64,000 nt of DNA from Lama glama (taxonomy: Eukaryota): NCBI GenBank assembly GCA_028534125.1, contig CM052817.1:89282001-89346000 (forward strand), in the 5' to 3' direction. The notes beneath the pieces were generated by a model that saw only the letters and a list, made by a program, of their open reading frames with translations, had not been told where the DNA came from and ran no database searches. The translations under genes were made by a program, and so were the position numbers. Positions 11,186 to 23,445 of this stretch are shown here, piece by piece (positions within the stretch are counted from its first letter, which is position 1; every line of letters begins with the position of its first letter).

Positions 11186-12400
11186 CATCCAGTGTACAAG
11201 TGGATATTTAACCAAAGTCAAGAACAGAAACATTTCTTTTGTGGTAACAGAAGAAAGAGGAATATCTGGTAACAAATGCCATGCAGACAGCATAATGTGG
11301 TTGGAAGAGCTTAACAGATTACTTTGAGTTGTTTTTAAAATATGAAGTAAAGTTATAAACTCTGGGGAAGAATTAGGTAGGAGATATTGTAGATTTGAAG
11401 AGAGTAGAAAGACTATTTCCCTGGGAGTATAACTAAATAAACTGGTATAATTTATGCACAGTAGGCATCATTAAAGTTGATAAATATTAATCTTGAGATG
11501 ATCAGCTGGCTATAGTGTTCAGTCACCATATTTACCTCTGCAGAGACTGGCAGAGAATAGGAAAAGAGATAAAAAGAACTTTCATCAGGTTATGATTTAG
11601 ACAAGCATGTAAGACAAATTATGGAAGGGGGGACACTGATGAAAATTATGAGGAAGTGATGCTAATGACCAACTATGAAATTAAATTGGAAATAACAACT
11701 TGATGAGATAAAATACATTGGAGAATTGGAAGAAACTAAATTTTGTAGGTTACACTGAGGTGGAGAAATTGGTGGAGTTAGATTTCTAGAGGGAGAGAGC
11801 TGGAAAAATGACAACTGGTGGACTAGAGAGTGGAATATTCGAAACTAGGCTTCTTTAGGGATTGCGGTTATTGGTAAAGAGAAAATCTACAACGTGATCA
11901 TGGGAAAAAATGGCTTGGAAGTCAAGAAATGAAGATGAAGAGGCCTAGAAGCTAATAAATCAGGTTACTGGGAAAATAATCTACCAGATTCTAGTAACTT
12001 GAATATTGAAATAGCCAGGACTCATGAAAGGATTCGAGGTGGAGAGAGTGACAATGAGCTAGGTAATAAAGCTCCCAAGTTTCAGTAACCAGCTGCAAAA
12101 GAATGGACTGATAGTGCCTTATTATATGAGAATCAAAGCTGGTTGTTTTTGTGGAAGAAAGGGGAAGTGGTTTAGAAGTGAAGTAAGAGGTAAGAGAGCC
12201 CACCCTCCATGTGGTCTGCACATAAGAGGCCAGCAGAGGAAGGGCTGGCATAAGGAAGCTCAGGTATCAGTTTCAGCAAGAGACAAAGGGCATGTTCTTT
12301 AACAGTGCCTGATGATATAAAAGATTTGTTGATGGCAGACAATGAGTTCTTAAGGTCAATCTAAAAGGATTTTTTGTTTTTAAGGAAATGGAGATTGATA
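11186..12400 (-). mobile_element. Degenerate L2 remnant, antisense (continues upstream of the L1 insertion)
   Basis: Purine-rich tract typical of antisense L2 ORF2 ('gagagctggaaaaatgac...ggttattggtaaag'). Confidence 0.45.
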
Positions 12401-12809
12401 AGAGAGAGAATCACATAAGTCATCCCAAGAGTCATCCCCAGGGTTATAAGTAGATCAGAACCAGACTATGACAGATGATAAGGGAATTCTGAGCTGCTTC
12501 TGCCATCAGATAAACAGAAATAAGAGCCACCATGCAACTGGTCCTAATGGTCCCAAGCCAGATATTGGTGGCAAGCTGTGAATGTTGTGGAGAATGAGAA
12601 GTGGGAATGTTGCCAGGAGCTCTTAATTTTTGCTGAAGGGAAGATGAAAGAAAAAGACCAAAATTAAAACAGAACATGCATCCTTCCAAAACATCGTGGA
12701 AGGGTGATTTTAAAATCACTCCTATTAGTATGCTTGGAGCATTTAAAAAGTTTCTTACATCTATGTGAAAATGTAATCGGGCGCTATTAAAAGGAAACAA
12801 CCCACAAAA

Positions 12810-15800
12810 CTAAAGAGTGCTCTTACCTACTAAAAATGATTTGAGGGAAAAAAAAAAACATTAAAAAGACAATTGACAGCCTAGAAGATGTAATTGAAGG
12901 AAACACAAAGAACAAAAAGAGAAAGAGTCAAAAAAACAAGAAAAAGTTACACAAAACAGAAAACAATTGAAAATTCAACCGAAAAATGAAAAGAAGTTCA
13001 AATGTCAGGGAAGAATTATGGGGACGACATCCAGGGGAAAAAAAACAAGAAACGGGAACCATACCTTTGAGTCATCAGTTTTACCACAGAGGAAAAACAA
13101 CTCCTGAAGAGTTGGAAGGCAGAAAGTCTAAAGCTTCTGAGACCCTCGCTGCGCTCTAGAAATTAGTATATGATGTTCAGAGGCTTTCAAAACAAACAAA
13201 CTAACCCTGTTTAAAATACCATGCTTTGCATTAAGACTTTCAGGAGCACCTGATAATAAAAAGTGGATGTAAAGTACACCAAGTCTTGCAGGGACTAACA
13301 TCCAACTTCAGATCATCTTAATCTTGAAATTGGATTACAGTAATTCAGGATTCCTAGTGTCCTTATTTGCTTGTCAGAGCAAATATGAATTCTCTCTGAG
13401 TTAAAGTAACATCATTCTAGACCTCAAATCTTGTGTAGAGTGCCCAGCACTCAGTCAAAAATAACCAAACAAAATAAGTGAAAAAATGGTATGTCTGAAA
13501 AGGAAAAGAAACAATGGAAAGAAGATCCATATAAAGTACTAATTAGACAGAGACTCTTCAATAATTCAAAAGACTGCATTCATAACTTTGACAGAAATGG
13601 GAATTATTTTTCAAAAGCAAAATGGAACTTGAAACATAAAAACAAAAAATTAAATAAATAAGTGGGTTTAATGGATGATTATATATTGATAAATTGAAGG
13701 GGTAAGGAACTGGAAGAAATGGAAAAAAAAAATAACCAAAATAAAAATCATAGAGATGTAACATAAGGAACAAAGAGATAAGAGATACGGAAATAAGATC
13801 ATGAATGCATTAATTTGACTCCCAGGAAGAAAAAAGAGTTGACAAACATACGTCAAGTGATATTTGCTATGTCTTTTTTTTTTTTTAATGGCAAAAGAAG
13901 CACAGTAAACTCCAAGCAAGTTAAATCCAAAATTTAAAGGAAAAAAAAAAACACTAAGCCTATGCACATCAGAGGAAAACCACTGAAAATAAAAATAAAG
14001 AGTAGATAATAAAAGCAGCAGGAAAAGTAAAGTCATAATATTTTCGAAGGAGCAATACTAAGGCTGAGAGCTGATTCTTAACAAAATTGAAAAGAGCAGA
14101 AGACAATGGAATTATACTCTCAAAATGTTGAAAGAAAAAAGCTGCCAATATAGAACTTAATAACCAAAGAAAATAACTTTCCAAAGTGGAAGTAAAATAC
14201 AATCATTTTCAGACAACAAAAATGAAGCAAAATATGTCACCAGTAAACCCACAATAAAGGACACACAAAGATTATTCTTCAAGCCAAAAGTAATTGCCCA
14301 GTTTGAAAAACTGAAGTTAGGAACAATGAAAAGGATAAATATATGCATTAATATAAATAAATATATACTATATAATCACATAATTTAAATGTATTATGTG
14401 GTTTTAAATATATACAATTAACATACAGGAAAAATATAAATTTTAAGGAGAAATAAACTGTTTTAAATGTCCATGCTTTTTCTGGTATAAGGTAAGGTAC
14501 TAACTAATTTACACTAAGGCCAACAGATCCAGTACAAATTTGTAAATTCCGGATAACTGCTAACTGAATTGTAAAAGAAAAAGTGAGAATTTATCAAGCT
14601 AGTTAATAGGGGAAAATGAGTAAAAATGTTGCAATGTTTCCAACATTGCATTCCAAGATGTATTATAGGGAAAAGCAGAATGGTAGGACAAAAAATAAGA
14701 AAACAACATGACAGACTTAAACCCAAATAATTATTTAATTACCTCACAACAGAAATGAGCTAATGTTAAATTTGGAAGATAATTATCACAGGCTAAAAAA
14801 GCTGAATGAATGTATGTTACAAATACAAGGATTAAGGAAGGTTGAAAGTAAAAGGATAGAAAAATAAATGACAGAAAATTTTCCAAAAGAAAGCTGCTAG
14901 CACTGTTAGTAACATATAAAATAGATTCTAAGGCAAAAAAAAAAGAATTCTCTATAATGTTCAAGTATGATTAATTAATTACTAAAATTACTGGGAACAT
15001 ATCATTCTAAACTTCTATGTATCTGGCAATACAACCTGGTATAATACGCATCTAACAGTATCAAAATACATAAAGCAAAAATTAATTGCAACAAAAACAG
15101 AATTAAGAAAAATCACCTTTTTAGGAGAATTTTTTAACTTATTTTTTTCAGTAACAGACTGGAGAAGCTCACAAAAAGAAGGACTAGAAGACTGACCAAT
15201 ACAATAAACAACCCTGACTTTACTGGCATATGTGGACAATCTCAACAGAAAAACCACAGAATGCACACTCTTTTCAAATATTCAGAGGATATTTACTAAA
15301 CTTCAGGATACTCTGGGACAAGAATAAAGTAAGTCTCAAAAATGATAAAGGGTTAAAGTTATACAGATGTAAATACAAAATAAGAAAAAAGATAAGGAAA
15401 CTCCATGTGTTTGGAAATTAAGCCACATATTTTTTAAAAACCAGTAGATCAAAGAAAACATTACAATTAAAAATAGAAAGTATTCTGAGCTGATTTATAA
15501 TGAAAATGCAATGTACCAAAACTTGTGCAACACAGCTAAACCATACTTAAAGGGAATTTAAAGATCTGAATGTCTTGATTAAACAAGAAAAAAGGCTGAA
15601 AATCAGAGATCTAAATATCCACCTCAAGAACTCTGAGGAGCAATAAATTACATCCTAAAGAGTAGAAGAAAGTAAATTTTAAAAATTAAAAGAGCATAAA
15701 ACAATGAAATAGAAAACTACAGTACAATGAAGATCAACAGTCTGAGTAGGTTCTTAACTAATAACTATTATAATTAAAGATCAGTAAAATGTATTAAACC

Positions 15801-16720
15801 ATAGGAGGATTAAATCATAGGATACACAGTATTTACAAATGTTGCAAATAGAAAAGAGGATTTATGGACTCTATTAACTTTAAGAAGTCATAAGATGCAA
15901 ACACACACAATCAAAACAAACTTTATGCCAACAACAGAAAAAAGAAAACCTAGATTAAATGGACAGGTTTCTAGAAAATAAGAAAAAACTTAAAGCAGAC
16001 ACAAGTATAAACAGAAAAACTGACATGTTCTATGTCAAGAAAAGTAACTGGATCTGTAATTAAAATTAATTTATTTCCTTATACTAATAACAATTAAGTA
16101 GAACATAAACTTATTTAAAAAAAACTATACCTAAAATCAAAACATCTAGGAATAAAGCTCCTAGGAATAAATATACCAAAAATTGTATTAGATTTCTATG
16201 TAAAAAACTGTACAATATAATTGCGAAAATGTACAAAGCGCCTAAGTAAATGTTGGGATTACCATCTGCTTGGATTGTGAGATGCAGTATTGTAATTTCT
16301 AATTCTCCTCAGCGTATTCTGTAGATTCAGTGCAACTCCAAGCGCAAAATCTTTTTTTTGTTTTTGCTAAAAATACGTATGCAATGCAAAGAGTGAAAAA
16401 ACCAAAACAACCTGTAACGTGATTATGAGTATGTTTAGTAAAAGAAGTTAGACACAGAATACATACTGCTTGATTTTAACCTCCATGTATTTCAAACACA
16501 GGAACAGATAAACGATATTATTTGATATAATATAAAGTTATAGCAATAGTTATCTATTAGAAGTAGAGACTGTAGTTTTGGGGAAGAAATATAAGGGGAA
16601 CTTGTTCTATTTCTTTCCCTGTGTCATACTGATATGTTGTTAATTTTGTAATAATTACTGCTCTGTACACTTACGTCTTATATTCTGGGGGCTGGGTATT
16701 TCAATTTTTTTAATTATAAA
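12810..16720 (+). mobile_element. Ancient, heavily decayed L1 (ORF1 C-terminus, ORF2 endonuclease region, 3' end)
   Basis: A-rich strand. ORF1-like 'aaaagcagcaggaaaag...agaagacaatggaattatactctcaaaatgttgaaagaaaa' (13900-14250), ORF2-like 'acagaatgcacactcttttcaaat' and 'accaaaacttgtgcaacacagctaaa' (15250-15550), and an L1ME-like 3' end (16410-16720). Confidence 0.8.
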
Positions 16721-17704
16721 AATTAAAGGAGACAACTTGTGAGAAAATATGGGACAAAATGATTAGTTGTGCTAGTCCTATAGGTGATGAATAGTATTAA
16801 GTGAAAGAGAGAACAAAAAGAGGAGAATTACTAGTAAGTCCACTAGCTCAGGAATGGATCTAGAGCTACGAAGCTATCACACAGAGAATGCTCATGAGGG
16901 GTCAAGCAGGAGCCATTTGAAAAAAAAAAAAAAAAAAAAAGACCTAGTATCATTCTTTGGAAATTTCTGAAAACAGGCCACCTACAAAAAAAAAAAAAGA
17001 ATCAAACCTCCCCAGAACTTCTCACTGATGACTCCTGATGTTATGAAATAAGTGATAATTTGAAAATTTTCAGGAAAAAAATTATTTTCAATCTAAATTC
17101 AATATTCAGGCCAGCATCCAAACTGGTTTGAAAATGAAACCATTATGTAGCCTACAGACATGACATGAAATAACCAAATTCCTCCCTCAAATCAGTCTTG
17201 AAATGAAAAGACACTATTTCAGAAAAATTATGATGAAAAATGTGAGATAAGTGAAATTCAAGAAACTTTCTCTCAAGATGAAAAAAAAAGAGGAAAGAAA
17301 GCGAAAGGTGGGTGGGTGGGAGGAAGAGAGAGGGAGGGAGGAAGGTGGGAAGCAGTAATCGTGTGAGAGATGCACTGGTCCTTGTAATAAAAGACTTCAG
17401 ATTAGAATCCTCTATCAGTAGAATCTGAGAACATGCTCAAAAAACCAAAATTTTCATCTCATATATAAATAGAATAAGGAAGTTAGATAGCATTTGTCAT
17501 GATACAGAAAGCATTTTCTTGTTTTTCCAAAAATATAAAAGGAAATTATAAACTCCAAAACAAAATTTAAACACTGTGTAATAAAGCCAAGACACTATTT
17601 TGAAGCAAACTGAAATAGAGCAAAACAAAAATGCTGTCATACTAAGAACATTCTCCTTTGAGTAGCACAGGAGTCCTGACACTGGATACCTAAAAACAGC
17701 AGCA

Positions 17705-17963
17705 GCAATAGTAATGGCAACCCGCATCTATCAAAACCCGACTATTTACCAGGCACTATTATTCCATGAACTTTTCATGTAGTGAATCATTTGATTCTCA
17801 ATACAGTCCTATGAAGTTAAGTCCTATTTCACAGTTTACAGATTAAGAAACTAAAGAACAGAGAGTTTATGTAATTTGTTCTAAGTTATATTCCTTAGGA
17901 AGTGCTGGGCCTGAAATTTTAATATAGCCAGATTGGTTCTAAAGCTTGAGCCTTTAATTACTG
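17705..17963 (-). mobile_element. MIR SINE, near full length
   Basis: 'tttacagattaagaaactaaagaacagagagtttatgtaatttgttctaag' is the antisense MIR core. Confidence 0.8.
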
Positions 17964-18975
17964 TTTTTATGTCTTCTGCAAAAATATTATTCCACAGGCA
18001 TTCTTGTTTCTAAATTAACCAATGTTAATTGAAGACAATTGAGATAAATGATTAAGACTAACACTAATTTTAATCTACGAAGCATGTTAATCATGATTAT
18101 TTAGGGAAGGCCCCATTTTTCTCTCTTATTGGGCTGGCTGTCTCTTTTACCTCTCCCTCTCACCTTCTCCCATATAATCCGTCCCCATTCTTGCTATATT
18201 AGTAATTTAATAATCTGTTCATAATCTGGTGTGTAATCGTTCACATTCCCCCATGCTCTTACAATCATATGCCAGTGCATCAGGGCATATGTTTCAACAC
18301 ACAAATACAAATAATTGCCTGGAACCAGCTGCGTTTCCAGTCTCTGATAACTCCCTGGATGTTGGTAAGCTGTTTTGTCTGAATACTCAGGTCTATTTTA
18401 ACTTACTTATTCATTGCTTATATTCTATGTTTATTTTCTTCCTTAAAATTAATCTAAATGTATCATGCTGTTGTGTTTTTCCTTCTTTTTATACTATTAA
18501 AATGCACTTAAATAAATTTCTTCCAACTTGTTTGCCAGGTCACTAATTTAGGCCTCAAAAGACAATCTTATCTTTTAACTAACATAAGGGAAATATTTCC
18601 TTGTTATTCAGAATTCAGACATTTTTTTCCCCTTGCTTAACTACACGCCTGTGTGAGTGTATGGATGGATGCTGAAGCATCGAAATTTCCCTAATTGTTG
18701 TTAACTAATTTTTTCTGTTCAAATTATGAGCCTCCTCCAGCACCTTTACTGCAATGGTTACACATTCTGCGAGTATAAGTTTTATTCACTCTCTGGCTGC
18801 CTCAGCTATATATAAAACCCATCCTGTTAGTCTCGCAGTAGACTGGGCACAATCCCTCATGTGAAAAAGAACGGCCATCTCTCCATCAATGGACCAGTGA
18901 CACAGAATCAGGCAAGATGCAGTCCCAGCCCCCAGCTAAGATATTTAGAATATCAAGCACATCCATGGGGCTGAA

Positions 18976-19470
18976 TTAAGCCTCCCTACAACAGTCCCCA
19001 CAGCTCTGAGTCACATTTTTTTGAGGAGCTGCACCCTTGTGATCTTCAAAAGATTCTCTGACAAGGGACTCCAGACAGTTGGCCTCACCCATAGCAGAGA
19101 AACCCCTCATCAGTTTTCTTGGGCCAACTCCCATAGAGGCCAAAGGATGAACTCCGATCCAGACACTTTGTATTTTCCAACATTTCAAATCTGGAGAGGC
19201 AGATAGATTAGAGCTGGACACAGCTGAGAATGAGCTGCAGTGTGAGGAGTCCAGTTCTTGGACAAAACCCCCTGTGGGATTTTTCCAGGCCCAACAACAG
19301 GCAATTCCAAAGGCCTCCCTGGCAGACGTCGGAGGAAAGCTGCCCTCCCCACAGCAGACCTGCAGCACAGCCAACGCACTGCAGTCTCTCAGGGGAGTAA
19401 CAATCAAGGACCCAGCCCCCTGGCCACCATGTCTTCCTCCTCTCAGCACTCCCAGTCCCGGTGCCTCCAT
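18976..19470 (-). other. Unexplained GC-richer unique block with a 164-codon ORF
   Basis: The ORF is in the track and a pyrimidine tract plus AG lies 11 nt upstream of the ATG (ctcctctcctctaag|). I recognise no protein family. Confidence 0.25.
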
Positions 19471-20461
19471 GTGGAAGCCTCCTTAGAGGAGAGGAGCTCA
19501 GGTAAGGCCTTCCCCAGCCATCTCTGCCAAGAGCACCTTCCGAGGGCAGAGGCCTTGAAGACAGCTTTCTCCACTCAGATAAAGGGTGCGCTACTTCCCA
19601 TTCTAGCCCTCTTCCCTCATCCTTCTCCCCACACCCCCACCAGGAGCCTTAGTTTCCATTTCCCTCGGCAGTGAGGCAATCCCCATGTCTTCACTTAACT
19701 TCCTTACTCTCACCTCTCCTTGTCCCAAGGAGAAAAACGGAAGATCTGGGGAACCGATGCCTTCTCCTGTTTGACCTCCCATCTACGTTACCGCAGTAAA
19801 GCATTAAGGACTTAACCGCTGACACCTGCTAGCACTTGGCAGTGCCTGGCGGCTCAGGCGGCTCCAATTCAGCTCAGCTGGCGGCACAGCAGACGCCGGG
19901 AGGGGCCGCGCAGACAGCCCTTCAAGCCCAGGCACTGCCCCAAGCTTCCAAATCCTTGGCTTCCGAGAGTTTTCAATTGACTGGCCCCCCATAAATTTCC
20001 CACAGCCTCAGGAAGCTACCAAGACCAAGTTTACACTGTAGCTAGTGTGCGACAACCAGTACAAGAAGGGATAGGAAGGTCTGCTTCACCCCGCTCCCCA
20101 CCCCTGACCTTGAAGAGGGCCTGTGAAGAGTCAACCCAGCAAGACCAGCTGGGGCCTCTGACTTAAGTGTAAGCGCTTGGCCGTTCAATCACCCATTCTG
20201 CCCAATCCTACACCTTCACTCCGTAAGTGACGCCAGGGCACTTCCCCCAAGATGACACGGACTCAAAGTGAACCTCGCAGTCTGTTTCCCACTGCACCTA
20301 AGACAAGAGTCCATTTTTCTTTACCATAATTTCGCTTTAAATTTATAGGCAAACAGTAGACAAAGCAGAAAAACCTAATTATGGTGAGTTTAAGTATAAA
20401 GAATCGATGGTACGAGAGAGAAAGTTGGAAAAAGGGAAGAAAGGTGTGTTAATACTCCTAC

Positions 20462-20775
20462 CTTGAACAGTGGTCAGAAAGAGACAGCTAAGGCGGCAAC
20501 ACAACCGGGCAGAGCAGCGCGGACCGGCATCTGGCAGGAGCAGCCGTGAGCACGCGCGGGCCGTGAGCACGCGCAGTTGCTGGGTACGGGGTGGGCGGGG
20601 CTCGCGGGCCTGCGCGCGTAGTGGGCGGCCCTGCTGCTGACGCAGCTGCAGGAGCTAAGGCTAATCCTAGCCCTCACCTGCTGCTAACGTAGCTGCAGGA
20701 GCGCGCTGCTTGGTGTCAAGACCAGCCAGGTGCACGCCCTTTGGCTGGGAGCTAGTGCAGGCCCGCCATATTGAG
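20462..20775 (-). promoter_or_regulatory. CpG-island promoter and first exon of a minus-strand transcript
   Basis: Only dense CpG cluster in the window. GC boxes GGGCGG at 20593 and 20623, NRF1-like GCACGCGC/TGCGCGCG, CRE half-site TGACG at 20638, YY1 motif CCGCCATATT at 20763-20772, and minus-strand donor AAG|GTAGGA at 20462/20461. Confidence 0.75.
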
Positions 20776-20799
20776 AAAAAAAAAGGTATCGGAAATTGA

Positions 20800-21095
20800 T
20801 GGAAATTTAACAGATTTAAAGATGGACTCTATATTATATAGAAAATCATTTTCTTAAATATGAAAATAACATTATGGTTATGTAAGAAAATATCTTAGTT
20901 TCAAGGAAAACATCATTGGTATACAAAGGTGAAATATAACATCAATTTAAAATAATTCAGCTCAAATATATAATAGATATAGCATATATAGAAAAATATT
21001 CTATTAGCTAAGCCTATGTGATGAGTTTAAATACACATAGTCATTCTGCTCTGGTTTTTGCTGTTTTGTATATTTGAAAGTTCTTATAATACAGT
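20800..21095 (+). mobile_element. L1MC/L1ME 3' end fragment
   Basis: 'aataacattatggttatgtaagaaaatatctt' and 'ttttgtatatttgaaagttcttataata' match old L1 3' UTR. Confidence 0.6.
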
Positions 21096-22577
21096 ACATA
21101 AAAGCATGAATTAATGAAATATTAATTTAAATTCCAGAATATTACTTGATGATAAAAATGGCTAAAATGATCAACTATAACCTGAAATTAAAGCGAGGTG
21201 ACTTGAAGTGAATTCTATGTGTTCTCATTTTCATCTGTCATAGAAAGTAGTAACAATAAATGTTAATACTCATATTTCAAGAAATGCTTGTATAAAAAAA
21301 ATGACAATGTTGTTGCGAAAAACAAGAGAACCTCAAATGTAGACCTTTAAAAATCATTGCTTCTACAGAGGGATAGTGGAACTGTGATTCCAAAAGGGAC
21401 GTGTGGGATGATTTTTTTTGCACATTTTCTATAATCATGGCTTTCACCATCTGTATTTTTTACATCAATAATAGAAATAAAATTGATTAAAAATAATTCG
21501 TGTTGACTATCATGAATTAAATACTCTGTCTTTCTTTTTATCCTAATTTTCATGAAATATATAAAGAGACTCTCGTGCTATAATTTGTTTTGAATTTTAT
21601 TGGTAGGTGACAATATATGCTTCAAAGATATCTATTCTCCAAAATCTCATAGGAAGAGAAATAATTCACAAGTTAGGTGCAGCCTTCCACAGAGCATAGC
21701 CCATTGTTACTGCTTTCAATTGCCACTTTGATCAAGAATGTTCCCTATAGCTCTATAAAGCAAATAATATATTATCAGGAAATCATCCCAAATATCAAAA
21801 ACCCTGTTTCAATGACATAATTTTTTTCCACATTGGACTTCAAATTTACCCAGGGATTTGAAGTACTCTGATTTATTTTATGATTTGATTTTTCTGTATA
21901 AAATACAACTTTTTTACATAACTTTGCTATTCCAGGTCATGTTACAAGTATAAATGACAGAAGTAGTGAAGTAGTGATCTACCTGAGAATGTCCGCATGT
22001 GGTTATTAAGTTCCCAGTCATTTCGGTCTGCTTGCGCTTCTCCTGGAAATAGGGCATGGCAGTGTGGCTTGTGACTCCAGCAGTGTATTTTTCATGTTGC
22101 TTATATGGGATTTGAACGACTAGTTACAGTATCTCCTAACACTCACATGTCAGTTTTTCACCAGTTTAGCTGTACTAGTTAATTACTAGCTCTAGGTAGC
22201 TCTTTTGCTTTATTCATTTACAGGAATGACAAAGTGTTATGTGATAAAATTGATTAAAAGGAATGTGGGAAATGCTGGATCTTCAATATCACTTGTCCTC
22301 TATAGCATCTTGTTTATATAAAATAAGTCTTTATTTAAAGGGTTATAAATAAATTATATATAATTATAAATAAATTATATATATTTAATTATAAATATAT
22401 AATTATCATCTGTAATTTACATATGTACATTTATTTACATATAATTTGTATATCCACTAATTCACATATAGTCTCTCTCTCAAAATGTATAATATATACA
22501 TCAGCAGTAATAGAGATTCAGAATTACATTGGAGGCAACACTCTGATGTGGATGGTAGAAGTAAACTGATTGGATGT

Positions 22578-23045
22578 TGTGGGGCTGCACCATGCTGGCC
22601 TGCAAGGCCTGTGCTTACCCAGCTTCAAGACCAAGGAAAGAGCCTGGAGTCAGCAACAGAGACATCAGTGGTTTAATGGATGGGGGTACCTACATGTCTG
22701 AAGCAAGTTCCTGGTATGATACCCCACTGTGTGCGGCAGACAGCAAGGCAGGACAAAGTGGTAGTCTTTGCTCTTGGTCGGAGTAGGGGGTTAGCAGCTA
22801 TACGGGGAATTGACCTCTGGTTGGCTCATCTGTTACCAGGGAAAGCAGCAGAGGGGCGTCCCCCTCACCTTCCCTTTTGATAAGCATATTGGAGAGTTCT
22901 GATCTAAAGTTAGAAAGATCACTAGCTGGGGCAAGTGTGTAGGAAGATCAGTCCTGTGAGTAAGGTGCACGTGAAGCAGGCACTGGTTGAGCAGGGGATG
23001 GACAGACAGTAAGAGAACAGCCATCTTGAGTGGCCTGACCATACA
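22578..23045 (-). mobile_element. ERV solo LTR (lineage-level family, copy 1)
   Basis: TG...CA termini, 5-bp TSD GATGT (22573-22577 and 23046-23050), antisense ATTAAA near 22672, homologous to 51904-52348. Confidence 0.85.
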
Positions 23046-23249
23046 GATGTTCTGTTTAAAAATTCAGTAACACATTTTACATAGTGACATTTTTTATCAA
23101 CAAATATCATATCTGTTTTTGAAGGGAAGGTGTTAAACTGAGAATGTTATCTATTAATGATCAAGCTTATATTTTTCCAATAATAAAACATTTACTTATA
23201 ATGAAGAGTTGCAGTAGAATAATAGGAAAAGAAAAGGAAAAAAATGCAC

Positions 23250-23445
23250 ATAGAATCTGAACTTAGTCTGAATCCAAGTTATTACTATATGACCTTGAAC
23301 AACTCATGTACTCTCTGAAATTCATTTTTCCCATCTGTAAAATGGAGGTGAGAACAGTAACAGCAACCTCCCAGTGTTTCTGCAACTATCATGTGAGATA
23401 AAGTATATGAGAGTTCTTTGGAAATTTGCTCAAAATGTTAGCTAA
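23250..23445 (+). mobile_element. MIR fragment
   Basis: 'tatgaccttgaacaactcatgtactctctgaaattcatttttcccatctgtaaaatggagg' is the MIR core. Confidence 0.75.

Noticed and set aside
13558..15266. Hydrophobic minus-strand ORFs resembling membrane proteins
   Set aside because: They are antisense readings of A-rich L1 sequence, which gives F/L/I-rich translations.
22340..22405. AT-only repeated and palindromic tract
   Set aside because: Low-complexity slippage; such symmetry is expected by chance.
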